64,000 nt of DNA from a virus. Positions 40,023 through 49,114 of the stretch are shown here, in pieces. Both the position numbers and the translations under genes were made by a program. Under the pieces are notes generated by a model. That model was not told where the DNA came from. It ran no database searches and saw only the letters and a list, made by a program, of their open reading frames with translations. The stretch lies in the IMG/VR virus record IMGVR_UViG_3300033388_007160, positions 22,020-86,019 of that record. One strand, written 5' to 3'. Position 1 is the stretch's first letter. Each line of letters opens with the position of its first letter.

Positions 40023-41555
40023 CTGTCGCATTGATACTTGCTGGCCCAAGGCTGTATACGTGCGCCATCTTTCTTCGCTGTGCTTTTCAAGGACGCCATC
40101 GTCCTCGTCCCAGAAATCTATAACTTGGGCAAAGGGCTTGCCGGGGGCTATGCGAAGGCTTCGGCCAAGGCGTTGCTGTTGACGGCCATGAGCCTTGCCC
40201 CCAGCGGCCATAATCAGCACGTCAATCGTCGGCACGTTGAACCCCAAGTCCACCACTGGCGTGCCAATCAGGATTTTGTTGGTGGCAATGAATTCGTCTT
40301 TGATTTCTTGGGCCTTCTGGGCGGACATGCCGCCGTGCAAGAAGAGACAATTTTCACGTCCCAGATATTCATCCATCAGCAGGTTGGCATGTTCTTCCCA
40401 ATTGACGATGATAAGCACCTTCCGGCCTTTGCTTTGGTGGTAGAGGGCTTCGGTTGCAATGTGGAGGTTTCTTTCTGTGTTGTAGGCGATGCCATACCGA
40501 TACTTCTCAGCCCAAGAACCTGCTACGGGCAGGCACCGGACTGGTATGAATTCCACACGGGCTTCGGATAAATAACCTTCGTCCTGGAGTTCACGTGTGG
40601 GCTTTCGGGCCAGGATAGGGCCGGTTACAGCATGTAGCTTCATCGTTTCCCCATAGCCTTCTTCGCGGCTGGCCGTGGCCGTTTGGCCGAATCGATAGTA
40701 AGCGTCTACAGTCATCAGGTAATCAAACCACGTATCGGCAGCGGATTTGTGATGTTCGTCCACGATAATCAAGTCCACTTCGCGGGCCAGTTTGCCTCCA
40801 CGTGCAGGGTCTCTGGCCCATCCTTCGTCAAAGATGGCAAGTGTTACCCAGTCTGGCTCGAATTTGCCTTTCGCGATAATGCCCAGTGGCACGTCGGGGC
40901 AGTATTCGGGCCAGCGGGATTTGAATTCATTGAAAATCGGTGTTGTGGGAACGATTATCAGGGTTCGCAGCCCCAAACGAGCAATAATCTCGATGGCAAT
41001 TTCCGTCTTGCCGCCGCCTGTTGCCACTTCAATAATGCCCCGCTCAGCTTCAATGGCAGCCTGCACGATTTCTTCTTGGTAATCGCGTAGCCTGATAGTC
41101 GTCCGCCAGGGGCGAGCTTCGCCAGGTTTGCGTCTTTCATCTACGATTTCAGCGCCTTGGGTAAGATGGGAGATATAAAAGAGCAGCCCTGTGGGCACAG
41201 CCTTCCGCCGCCGGTCGAGAAAATGTATCCGGTGATCCCACTGGCAACGCCAGCAGTCTGGAAACAGGCTGGCCGCTTCTTCATGGCTGAATTTCTTGCG
41301 TCGTTTGACTTTCTGAATGAGCCTCTGGCATTGCCGTCGCAACCACCGAACGCTATCATAGCGGGCTTCAAGGCCGGGCCGTCCGGCCAGTCGGGCTTCT
41401 TCATCCATTAGTTCTTGCAAATGCTTCTCAAGGTGCCGTGCCAGAATCCACTTCGCATTAGGAATTTCAAAAGACAGACATTCATCAATGGCTCTGAGTT
41501 CTTCGTCAGTGGCTTCCTCAATTTGCGTCCAAGTGTTGGATATCCTCAGCCTCAA
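40017..41555 (-). CDS. Superfamily 2 DNA helicase (UvsW/XPB-like)
   Basis: LRDYQ, ATGGGKT, DEHH, TAT and QRLGRSLR motifs. Confidence 0.92.
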   Translation of the reverse strand: MRLRISNTWTQIEEATDEELRAIDECLSFEIPNAKWILARHLEKHLQELMDEEARLAGRPGLEARYDSVRWLRRQCQRLIQKVKRRKKFSHEEAASLFPDCWRCQWDHRIHFLDRRRKAVPTGLLFYISHLTQGAEIVDERRKPGEARPWRTTIRLRDYQEEIVQAAIEAERGIIEVATGGGKTEIAIEIIARLGLRTLIIVPTTPIFNEFKSRWPEYCPDVPLGIIAKGKFEPDWVTLAIFDEGWARDPARGGKLAREVDLIIVDEHHKSAADTWFDYLMTVDAYYRFGQTATASREEGYGETMKLHAVTGPILARKPTRELQDEGYLSEARVEFIPVRCLPVAGSWAEKYRYGIAYNTERNLHIATEALYHQSKGRKVLIIVNWEEHANLLMDEYLGRENCLFLHGGMSAQKAQEIKDEFIATNKILIGTPVVDLGFNVPTIDVLIMAAGGKAHGRQQQRLGRSLRIAPGKPFAQVIDFWDEDDGVLEKHSEERWRTYTALGQQVSMRQV

Positions 41556-41991
41556 GCTCTTTCACCTCCTCGATGGCTTGAGTGGCTGCTGCGAGTAACC
41601 TCGATAGGTCGTAGCACAGATTGGGGTCTGTCACGAAGCGAATTATTGTGTTATTAAGCTTGGCAAAAACTTCGTCTCTCTCATCGGGCAATGTATCAAG
41701 CGTAATGTGATAATAGACGATTACTGGTGCGAGCATATATTGGCTCAGGCCAAGTCTTTGGGGTAGCGATTCGGTTATTTCATTCGATGGGGCGAAGGAA
41801 AATATCTCGCGCCAAAGGCCTTCTTCTATGATGAAGTCCTCGCACAGTCGCTGGATAGCCTCCCATGCCTGAGGGGAGATTGTTGGTGGTTCGCCACGTC
41901 TGGCCGTGTATAATACTCCTGCAAACCCAGCTATTGCATTTGTAAAGGCATCTTTCAGGCACTGGGTGATTGTTTTTGACATTTCTGCCAC
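41518..41991 (-). CDS. Hypothetical protein
   Basis: GAGGAGG RBS; in operon. Confidence 0.55.
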   Translation of the reverse strand: MAEMSKTITQCLKDAFTNAIAGFAGVLYTARRGEPPTISPQAWEAIQRLCEDFIIEEGLWREIFSFAPSNEITESLPQRLGLSQYMLAPVIVYYHITLDTLPDERDEVFAKLNNTIIRFVTDPNLCYDLSRLLAAATQAIEEVKELEAEDIQHLDAN

Positions 41992-42647
41992 CTCCTCGCA
42001 ATGGCCTCAGCTATATCCGAGGCATGTAGGCCTTTGAATGGTCCGATGAAGTCTATCTGGCAGCCAATCAGTTCACAGAAGGCCTTCTCAGGCAATGGTT
42101 TGCCCCGCCAGTCACCACCCTTAATCCAGACATCGGGCAGTACCTTCATCAACGCTCCCGTGGCATCAGGCGTATCAAAAACAATCACTCGGTCAACGTA
42201 TCTTATGCTTTCAAGGATTTCTGCCCGTAGGGAAGCAGGCAGAACGGAATACCACTTCAACTCTCCTGCCCGCTTGTCCCCATTGGTACCCACAACCAGT
42301 TCCCATTCTGGCCGTGGATATTTCCGGCGCACAGCTTCAAGCAACCGCACATGGTTCGGGGTCAAAAGCGCGAAGACGCCAGTAACCAACACACATTTGG
42401 TTGGCGGTCCTTCATGCTGCCGCTTCTCACGAGCAATTCTGACCCGATTTCGCCAGTATTCCTCAAACCCGATTTCCTCGACTTCTAGGACGCGCTTGAC
42501 ACCTGGCAAATGCTCAAGGGCAGCTTGCCAGACTTCTGCTGGCGGTTTGGTGGTCCGCCAGTAATAGTTTGCCACGCTAAATTTGCCTGCTCCTTGGTGG
42601 CCGACTCTGGCTTTTATGCGGTAGTAGCGATATGCAGCATTACGCAT
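41955..42647 (-). CDS. HldC/RfaE-II-like sugar-phosphate nucleotidyltransferase with N-terminal extra domain
   Basis: TGVFALLTPNH, LVVGTNGD, RAEILESIRYVDRVIVFD and PDVWIKGGDW motifs. Confidence 0.8.
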   Translation of the reverse strand: MRNAAYRYYRIKARVGHQGAGKFSVANYYWRTTKPPAEVWQAALEHLPGVKRVLEVEEIGFEEYWRNRVRIAREKRQHEGPPTKCVLVTGVFALLTPNHVRLLEAVRRKYPRPEWELVVGTNGDKRAGELKWYSVLPASLRAEILESIRYVDRVIVFDTPDATGALMKVLPDVWIKGGDWRGKPLPEKAFCELIGCQIDFIGPFKGLHASDIAEAIARRWQKCQKQSPSA

Positions 42648-43077
42648 CCAACCACCCCCTGCGTTGAGCAAGAGCCCTTTCGAGGCGGTCGCGGGTTTGT
42701 GGGCTGTCTACAGGATTTCGCCAAATCCAATGCCTGAAGTCATTGATTGTATCAAACAATTCGACTCCGGCTTGGGGGAGTTCGCGCACCGCATATTCAT
42801 ACCACCTTTGCCGCGCTACAGCAGTGGGCAAGGCGTTGATATAAATCGTCAGCATAACACTTAGCGGCCTCAGTATAACTTCACAACCCCTAGCGGCTTG
42901 CTGGAAAACTGTCCGAAGGTGGCTTTTAACTGCCATTTCTGCAAGGTCTTCAGCCTCGGTATCCCAAAGCAGTGGTATACCGTCTACTTTCGCATTATCG
43001 GTAATTTCCTGCAGCCAATCGCCGCACCATCCGAGAATGGAATCATTATATTCTGGGAAACATACCTTCTTCGCCAT
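42640..43077 (-). CDS. Hypothetical protein
   Basis: AAGGAGGT RBS. Confidence 0.65.
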   Translation of the reverse strand: MAKKVCFPEYNDSILGWCGDWLQEITDNAKVDGIPLLWDTEAEDLAEMAVKSHLRTVFQQAARGCEVILRPLSVMLTIYINALPTAVARQRWYEYAVRELPQAGVELFDTINDFRHWIWRNPVDSPQTRDRLERALAQRRGWLDA

Positions 43078-43111
43078 CGTCGTGACCTCCTTCCGAGATT
43101 AGTGTAACCTG

Positions 43112-43348
43112 CTAATGCCCCAGCCAAACATAAAGCAACAGCCGGACAAACGGCGCAGCCGCCGAAGCTATTGCCACGAAGACATACCAGCGAAAGGCGT
43201 TGATAAGGTCCTGTTCGTAGACTCGCCGGATGTAAACCGGGGCCACGCTAAGCCCAATGCGAGCGTACCAAACTTTTCGGGCCTGTTGAGCGGCCCATCC
43301 GGCAAGCAAGAAGCAGCCAAAAGCAGCCAGCAACTGGGCGATTCCCAT
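43112..43348 (-). CDS. Small two-TM membrane protein
   Basis: GGAGGAG RBS; two hydrophobic helices. Confidence 0.6.
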   Translation of the reverse strand: MGIAQLLAAFGCFLLAGWAAQQARKVWYARIGLSVAPVYIRRVYEQDLINAFRWYVFVAIASAAAPFVRLLLYVWLGH

Positions 43349-43351
43349 CTG

Positions 43352-43684
43352 CTACTCCTCCCTTCGGGCTTTATTTATTGAAGGCCACCAGGGAAGCTGA
43401 GGATGGCGGCCTTCGGCCTTCGCCGAGATGAATTCCTCGGCTATCCACTGCCAGTCCACGCGGCCAAAGGCTGCGTCAACTAATCTCTCAACATACCCAC
43501 CGACAGAATTGACGCCGTCAAGGAATTCATCGGCGGCAAAAGCATTGAGTTCATCAATCAGCCAATCCACTTTTTGCTCATACGACAGGTTCTCGGCCTG
43601 CATGACCACATCCACCAGTTCTTCTACCTCGTCCTGCCGGTCAACCAAGAATTCAAACATCACAATGGTCTCTTCATTCAACAT
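43352..43684 (-). CDS. Acidic hypothetical protein
   Basis: AAAGGAG RBS; LVDAAFGRVDWQWIAE. Confidence 0.6.
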   Translation of the reverse strand: MLNEETIVMFEFLVDRQDEVEELVDVVMQAENLSYEQKVDWLIDELNAFAADEFLDGVNSVGGYVERLVDAAFGRVDWQWIAEEFISAKAEGRHPQLPWWPSINKARREE

Positions 43685-45155
43685 TTTCATCACTCCTTTC
43701 GAGCACGGGCTGTAGCTTTTCTTTGAGTTCATCGGTTAGCGGGAGGGTGAAAGTCACCGTCCGGCGATGGTGTTTTAAGTAGCATTGGGTTGCGAAGCCA
43801 TACCGGTGACTGAAACCCCAGTCGGCACAATAGATCTTGACCTCCTTACCGATTGAGGTTTCTTTTGTACAGGCCGCAATCACCATTAAGGTTTCGGTTA
43901 CAGTCTCTGTCAAGGGCATATCGCCAAGGTATCGTCGCAATGTGATTTGGGCGAAAGGGCCAAGAAGAACTCGGATGGCCTCTTCCTTCCACCTATACGG
44001 CGAGTGTGACAGTTCTCCATTTTCAACGGTCATGGGCATCAGCAAGATTTCATGAACAGAACCATCGGGCGATTCTTCCTCAGGCACGATATACAACGGA
44101 TCGAGATGGGCTTCAGCGCTGAGCTTCACCAAGAAGCCGCCAGCGTGCGAGTCTGCCATGGATTCCGCTGCTGCAAGCAGCCTTTCTCGGTTAACAGCAA
44201 ATACACGCGGATAGCCTTCAATGCCGGACAGCTCAACATGGGTCAAGACCGGGCATTCGTAATCGCCGCTAATCAAGCGACAGCCGTATTGCGTATAGTC
44301 ACGGTGGTCGATCTTGTAGGGGTCAAAGACCACGCGGCCAGCAGACTTCTGAGCGTATGGCTTGATGTCCTTGAGGGCTTGAATCAGTTTCTGCCTCCGG
44401 AAAGCGAGAGTAGCGATGTATTCACGGTTCCGGGCCGGTTCAAGGATGTGGTCAAACCTGGGATATTTCCCTGCAGGGGTAGGCGTGATAATCGCTATTT
44501 CACCTGCCCAAGTTGCCACTGCCAAGCACAGAAATTGCGCATCGTTATATTCTTTGATACCGATGAGTTCGTCTTCATAGCGCTTCGCAAATACTGCTTT
44601 GGCTTCCTCGCTGGCCTCAAATTGCCCAATGCGGACGATTATCGGGCTTTCCCTGCGCAGATCGGCGAGCAGCTTGGCGATATGGGCCGGAATCAAGAAC
44701 TCGAAGGGCTTGCAGTCTTCAACCTTCTTGCGCCAGACATGCAACTGGTAAGAGTCCGTAGCAGCCACTCTGACCTCTTGGCCGTCGCAACATATTTGGA
44801 CGCACATCAGCACCGGGCGAGTTGTATCGTCCCCCACTGCTCGCCAAGTAAATGCCCACGCATCCCCATAAACCGGCAACTCGATCAGTTGCTTAGCGAT
44901 GGACATATCAAGTATCTGTTTCCTCAGATTCCGGGCCAGTTCGGGTTCTTCAGCGTTCCCGACGCGCTTGGCCGTGTTGCGGGCGATTTGATAGCGACCG
45001 TCCATGCTATCGTGCGAGTAGCACACCGCGATAGCCATGCCGGGGCGCTTGAAGAAAGTCCAGACCAGATACTGCTTCTCCCCAGCTTCCGGCAACGGTA
45101 TGGCGTTGAAGTCCTTGGCCTTGAGCGCCTTAGCAAGGTTGATTGCTGTCCTCAT
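43674..45155 (-). CDS. DNA polymerase III beta-clamp homologue with terminal extensions
   Basis: DDTTRPVL.CV, AATDSYQL, GKYPRFDHIL and LLMPM motifs. Confidence 0.8.
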   Translation of the reverse strand: MRTAINLAKALKAKDFNAIPLPEAGEKQYLVWTFFKRPGMAIAVCYSHDSMDGRYQIARNTAKRVGNAEEPELARNLRKQILDMSIAKQLIELPVYGDAWAFTWRAVGDDTTRPVLMCVQICCDGQEVRVAATDSYQLHVWRKKVEDCKPFEFLIPAHIAKLLADLRRESPIIVRIGQFEASEEAKAVFAKRYEDELIGIKEYNDAQFLCLAVATWAGEIAIITPTPAGKYPRFDHILEPARNREYIATLAFRRQKLIQALKDIKPYAQKSAGRVVFDPYKIDHRDYTQYGCRLISGDYECPVLTHVELSGIEGYPRVFAVNRERLLAAAESMADSHAGGFLVKLSAEAHLDPLYIVPEEESPDGSVHEILLMPMTVENGELSHSPYRWKEEAIRVLLGPFAQITLRRYLGDMPLTETVTETLMVIAACTKETSIGKEVKIYCADWGFSHRYGFATQCYLKHHRRTVTFTLPLTDELKEKLQPVLERSDENVE

Positions 45156-45372
45156 CCTGCTTCACCTCCTCGCCGATGATAACGGCGATAGTAAGGTCTT
45201 CGCTGCGTATCCGAGCTGCTTTGCTCACTTGCCTAATGGCCTGGTCGGCGTTAGCGGCCCTAGTAAGCCAAACTTCATCGTCAACATAAAATACTGGGAA
45301 ATCGAAAAACATTTCTCCTACGTCCTTTACCGTGCCACAACTCTCTCGCCGCCTTACGACGTAAATAGCCAT
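45130..45372 (-). CDS. Hypothetical protein
   Basis: AAGGAGG RBS. Confidence 0.6.
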   Translation of the reverse strand: MAIYVVRRRESCGTVKDVGEMFFDFPVFYVDDEVWLTRAANADQAIRQVSKAARIRSEDLTIAVIIGEEVKQDEDSNQPC

Positions 45373-45394
45373 TGCTATCCCTCCTTCTTGAGGT

Positions 45395-45778
45395 TTATCC
45401 CAACACTGAGGGCGGATGTCCCGCCACCCAGTTGGCTGCTATGGTCAATGCCCGCCGTATATCAGAAACACAAAACCTCGCAGACATGTAATGCAAAGGA
45501 GCGTTGATTGACACATGCGGCGAGCGCCATTCTGTTATGGCGGCTACGTGGCATTTGCCGTCCCACAAGTAAACCAGCGCTTCGCGCCCCATGACGCTTC
45601 TGCCCAGTGTAATCCCCAACCCCTGCCGCAGACGCTTGAGCGCTTTCGCCAAGCCTTGCCCTTGCTCCACGATATACCCACTATTGGGGTCCCAAGCAGC
45701 CCATCGAAAGCATTTGCCAATCTCAGACCGAATAACAGGCTTCAGCCACTTGCTGGCCTTAGAACCAGATTCGGCCAT
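45395..45778 (-). CDS. Hypothetical early protein
   Basis: GGGAAGGGGG RBS; own promoter motif. Confidence 0.6.
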   Translation of the reverse strand: MAESGSKASKWLKPVIRSEIGKCFRWAAWDPNSGYIVEQGQGLAKALKRLRQGLGITLGRSVMGREALVYLWDGKCHVAAITEWRSPHVSINAPLHYMSARFCVSDIRRALTIAANWVAGHPPSVLG

Positions 45779-45802
45779 GGGCTATACCCCCTTCCCGTGC
45801 TC

Positions 45803-45831
45803 AGTATACCTTGTAGCGCAAGCCGCTAAAC
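45803..45831 (-). promoter_or_regulatory. Repeated phage promoter motif
   Basis: GTTTAG-N14-AGGTATACT. Confidence 0.65.
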
Positions 45832-46212
45832 TCTGATAAACCGACGGACCGCAACAATCTGCCCCTTCTCGTCGCGAATGGCCGTCGGGCCGGTATCTGG
45901 TGCCACCACAATGATAGCCCGGTCGTAATTTCTTGCCACCGTTTCAGTAACAGCCTGTAGCGCCGGAAGCGATACAATGAAGATGTGCGTCTGGTCCTCG
46001 TCGAGCAGGTCTTCAGGTGGCAACCCTTCCGGCTCGCCAAATATCCTCACGACAATCGGTAAGTCACAGTCATACAGGCGAGCTGTGGAATCAGGCCGGT
46101 CTTCACAAGTAAGCCTTGCCACATATCCGCTCGGCGGGAATCGAGCTACTATCTCGCCCGATTCGTCCGCCAAGCGAATCTCGTGCGGTGTAAGGTTCCA
46201 GACTTTATACAT
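45826..46212 (-). CDS. Conserved phage hypothetical protein
   Basis: NLTPHEI...GLPP...IVS...APDT...RDEKGQI; GGGAGG RBS. Confidence 0.7.
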   Translation of the reverse strand: MYKVWNLTPHEIRLADESGEIVARFPPSGYVARLTCEDRPDSTARLYDCDLPIVVRIFGEPEGLPPEDLLDEDQTHIFIVSLPALQAVTETVARNYDRAIIVVAPDTGPTAIRDEKGQIVAVRRFIRV

Positions 46213-46236
46213 CTTGCAATCGCCTCCCAGCTCTTT

Positions 46237-46265
46237 AGTATACCGCGCTAACGCCTCGCCCAAAC
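46237..46265 (-). promoter_or_regulatory. Repeated phage promoter motif
   Basis: GTTTGG-N14-CGGTATACT. Confidence 0.55.
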
Positions 46266-46274
46266 ATCAAATTC

Positions 46275-46356
46275 TGGTGGACGCGCCCGGGAATCGAACC
46301 CGGGTACCAAGCGCTGCACACCGGCCTTAGCGCTTGGTCGAACCTATTCTGCGCCC
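46275..46356 (-). ncRNA. Mini tmRNA-like RNA, tRNA-like domain only (copy 1)
   Basis: GGGCGC acceptor stem with G3.U70; GGTTCGAC D-region; 9-bp helix; TTCGATT T-loop; ACCA end; no anticodon arm. Confidence 0.75.
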
Positions 46357-46367
46357 ATACTGCATCA

Positions 46368-46955
46368 TTATATCCACTGGTAGGCGTCTTCAATAGCGCC
46401 CACAGCCTCGGCTACCAGCAGCCGATAAGGCCTAGGCAAGTCACTAAACAACTGCAGCCACCTGCCCAGCATGTTCATCTCCCTCAGCCCGGTTGACAGG
46501 TCTAGGGCCTCGGCTATCTCAGTGATGTCAAAACAAGCATCAATCGGTTCGCCGGTCACTTCTGCCCAGACCAGGGCCATGAAGACGGTTGCCGGGCCGC
46601 CGCTGCTACCGTAGTTACAGCTTGCCCATTCCACGCTCCTGACGATGTTGGCGGCCTTGGTCAGTTCCTTCCCACTGGGCCATAACTGTGCCGCTAGCTT
46701 AATCACCTGCAACAGGTCAATATCGCCTTCTTCTGCGTGAAGTGCGAAAGTCTCTGTATCAGTTTCCACGAATTCCACATCATCTTTGTCAATGCCGAAG
46801 CGCTTGAGGGCTTCAGCTATGGCGTATTTAGCACACGGCGCGATAAGCGCCCCAGCCCCCAGCACCCACATTGCAGTAGCCTTCTCCCTCAGTCCCTTAG
46901 GATACTTTTCGAAATTATCCGGCGTTGGCAAGCTCACGGTTACCATCGCTTTCAC
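46368..46955 (-). CDS. Hypothetical protein
   Basis: 195-aa ORF; start uncertain. Confidence 0.6.
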   Translation of the reverse strand: MKAMVTVSLPTPDNFEKYPKGLREKATAMWVLGAGALIAPCAKYAIAEALKRFGIDKDDVEFVETDTETFALHAEEGDIDLLQVIKLAAQLWPSGKELTKAANIVRSVEWASCNYGSSGGPATVFMALVWAEVTGEPIDACFDITEIAEALDLSTGLREMNMLGRWLQLFSDLPRPYRLLVAEAVGAIEDAYQWI

Positions 46956-47030
46956 CTCCGCTCAGTTTTCTCCCCGCCGCATGGCGGTCTATCCTTGCGC
47001 TAAACACCAAACATTAACCGCAACAGGCGA

Positions 47031-47561
47031 TTAATGAGCTGGGCCAAAACCAAGGCCAGCAGAAACATCACTGCTGTTTCCATTGGGCTTCGCCTCCTTC
47101 TTACTTCTGCTTGCTAACGCGCTTGTTAGTTTCCCCAATGCGCATACGAGCCTATAGAATGCCTGCGCATCCCAAGGATTATCGAAAGGCACATAGGGCA
47201 GAATCTCCAACCAAACGCCATCGGGAATCTCTTCATGGCGATAATATTTCTGGCCCCGCTTCCACTCTAACATCCACCCTGGGGAGATCATCCCCACAAG
47301 CCACCTGTTCTGTGACTTGTCGAATACCGGCGGCTCTAAGTCCACATGTTCGCGAAAGACGCGGAATAACCGCGCCAGCGGCATTTCTATCTCTGCGTTG
47401 ACGATGAATTCGCCGGTAGTAACTCGTATAAGCTTACCGCCTACCACTTGTGCCACGTGCCTCGCTGCTTCTTGGGCCGCCGCGCGAAACTCCTTTCGCG
47501 ATAAATCGTGATCAGTCGTCTCGCCATTCGGCTCGATATAGAATTGCATTATGCATCTCAT
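47031..47561 (-). CDS. Hypothetical early protein
   Basis: GGGAAGGGAAG RBS. Confidence 0.6.
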   Translation of the reverse strand: MRCIMQFYIEPNGETTDHDLSRKEFRAAAQEAARHVAQVVGGKLIRVTTGEFIVNAEIEMPLARLFRVFREHVDLEPPVFDKSQNRWLVGMISPGWMLEWKRGQKYYRHEEIPDGVWLEILPYVPFDNPWDAQAFYRLVCALGKLTSALASRSKKEAKPNGNSSDVSAGLGFGPAH

Positions 47562-47652
47562 GTTATATCACTTCCCTTCCCGACGCTTTGGCTCCACCGC
47601 CCAGCGCGATGAAGCCAAGGCGTTGGGCCGGAGGAGCCCGGCCCTAGCGCCA

Positions 47653-47871
47653 CTACACCTCGCTGAACCGCATCTCTACGGTTACAATCTCCATGTCCTT
47701 CGCCCGCTGCTTCAGTTCTTCTTCCACCTGTTCCCACTCGCCTTGCGCCCACACCTGCCCCTGCGGGCCAAGAAGAACCCAGCTAAGCTCTCCGTCTATC
47801 ACCTGCGCCATAACGCAACAGCCCAGTGCAGCGCAGGCCAAGTCGAGCCACTTCTCTTGTTCCCAAGTCAT
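47653..47871 (-). CDS. Hypothetical early protein
   Basis: GGGAAGGGGG RBS. Confidence 0.6.
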   Translation of the reverse strand: MTWEQEKWLDLACAALGCCVMAQVIDGELSWVLLGPQGQVWAQGEWEQVEEELKQRAKDMEIVTVEMRFSEV

Positions 47872-47961
47872 CGCTGGTACCCCCTTCCCGACGCTCTCGC
47901 CCCACCCTCGCGGATGGGGCCAGGGCGTCGGGCCGGGCCGAAGCCCCGACGCCTCAGACTG

Positions 47962-48176
47962 TTAGAGGCTTACAACTTGGTGCTTAGGCTGCCGCTCAGG
48001 CCGAAACAGGTTCAAGCCCAAGCGGTAAGTGACGCCCATCAATCACCAAGTCCACGTTGCCGTGCGTTGTGGCGATAACCGTGCTTTTGCCCGTGCGCGA
48101 TGGCTGGCCCTCCACACTCAGATCAATTCGTGATGACCAGCTTGCCCCCTTCGCGCTTCATGTCCACGTTATACAC
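47962..48176 (-). pseudogene. Small conserved-type protein broken by two +1 insertions (pseudogene or sequencing error)
   Basis: Fragments MYNVDMKREGGKLVIT / IDLSVEGQPSRTGKSTVIATTHGNV / GVTYRLGLNLFR join if one base is removed near 48127 and one near 48036; GGAGGTG RBS. Confidence 0.55.
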
Positions 48177-48227
48177 TTCTCGCACCTCCCTCTTGCTTTT
48201 TATCATCGGGCGCTAACGCGCCCCCTT

Positions 48228-48629
48228 TTACTCCGGCGGCCAAATGTTATTGTCTGCGATATGAACAGCCTCCCACAGGGCCTCGGCTATGTCTGTCGTA
48301 ATCACAGCGGTTGTATCATCGGGCACTATATCGGCGTCGCGAAGTGTTTCATCATGCACGAACCAAGCCCGGCGAGCCCCCGTGTCAGAGATTTCTAGGC
48401 CGCGCGATACGACAGCGATGCCATCAGGCCCGATTACTTCGATGACGGTGAGCGGCGAACCTTCGGCAAGTGACGGCTGCTCCAAGGCGATGATTCGCTG
48501 GATCAACGTCCTCATGCCTTCTTGCCGGTCAGGATAGCACCCCAGCGCGAAGCCATTGTCCCAAATCCATCCTTTGTCGTCCGCGCCATAGAAGTGATAT
48601 TTGGGCGCTTTGATGGCTATAGCTACCAT
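48228..48629 (-). CDS. Hypothetical early protein
   Basis: GGAGGTG RBS. Confidence 0.65.
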   Translation of the reverse strand: MVAIAIKAPKYHFYGADDKGWIWDNGFALGCYPDRQEGMRTLIQRIIALEQPSLAEGSPLTVIEVIGPDGIAVVSRGLEISDTGARRAWFVHDETLRDADIVPDDTTAVITTDIAEALWEAVHIADNNIWPPE

Positions 48630-48734
48630 GTGCCTGCACCTCCCTTGCGTGGGGCGCTAACCGCCCCGCATCCCAAACCTGCCGTTTCTCGCGACAAGTT
48701 TGGGGCGCGGGGCGTCAAGCCCCGCCGGTTGATT

Positions 48735-49019
48735 TTACGATGTTCGCCCTCCCTCTAGCGCTTTGGCTACCGCCCCCAACCACCTCGCCACCGCATCGGG
48801 CCTCTTCCACAAGGCAAACATCGCCCACGCTACCCAATCAGCCACATAAGCCTTGTCCTTGCCGTACGACTCAAGCGCTTTACCCAGTTCGTAGATAGCC
48901 GTTGCGGGATTTTCGGGGCGCAGTACACACGCCGCTGCCGCAATCGCTACACCAATCTCTGTATCTCTGTCTCCATCCAAGCTTTCCGGGCGAAATTCGC
49001 CGAGGAAGCTTCCCAGCAT
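48735..49019 (-). CDS. Hypothetical early protein
   Basis: GGAAGGGGG RBS before the ATG at 49019. Confidence 0.55.
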   Translation of the reverse strand: MLGSFLGEFRPESLDGDRDTEIGVAIAAAACVLRPENPATAIYELGKALESYGKDKAYVADWVAWAMFALWKRPDAVARWLGAVAKALEGGRTS

Positions 49020-49114
49020 TGCGCTACCCCCTTCCGTCTTCGGCGCTCCTGCCCCACCTTGGCGATGGGGCGGGATCGCCGGGCCGCCGCGAAGGCGGCC
49101 TTGGGCGATGAGCA

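Noticed and set aside
44052-45179. 375-aa plus-strand ORF and other long antisense ORFs (57211-58062, 23089-23745, 16020-16673)
   Set aside because: Shadow frames opposite genes with clear motifs.
46275-46356. attP remnant or ordinary tRNA-Ala (also applies to 54844-54924)
   Set aside because: Both have complete, mutually covarying 5' and 3' strands, no D-stem or 7-nt anticodon loop, and no adjacent integrase.
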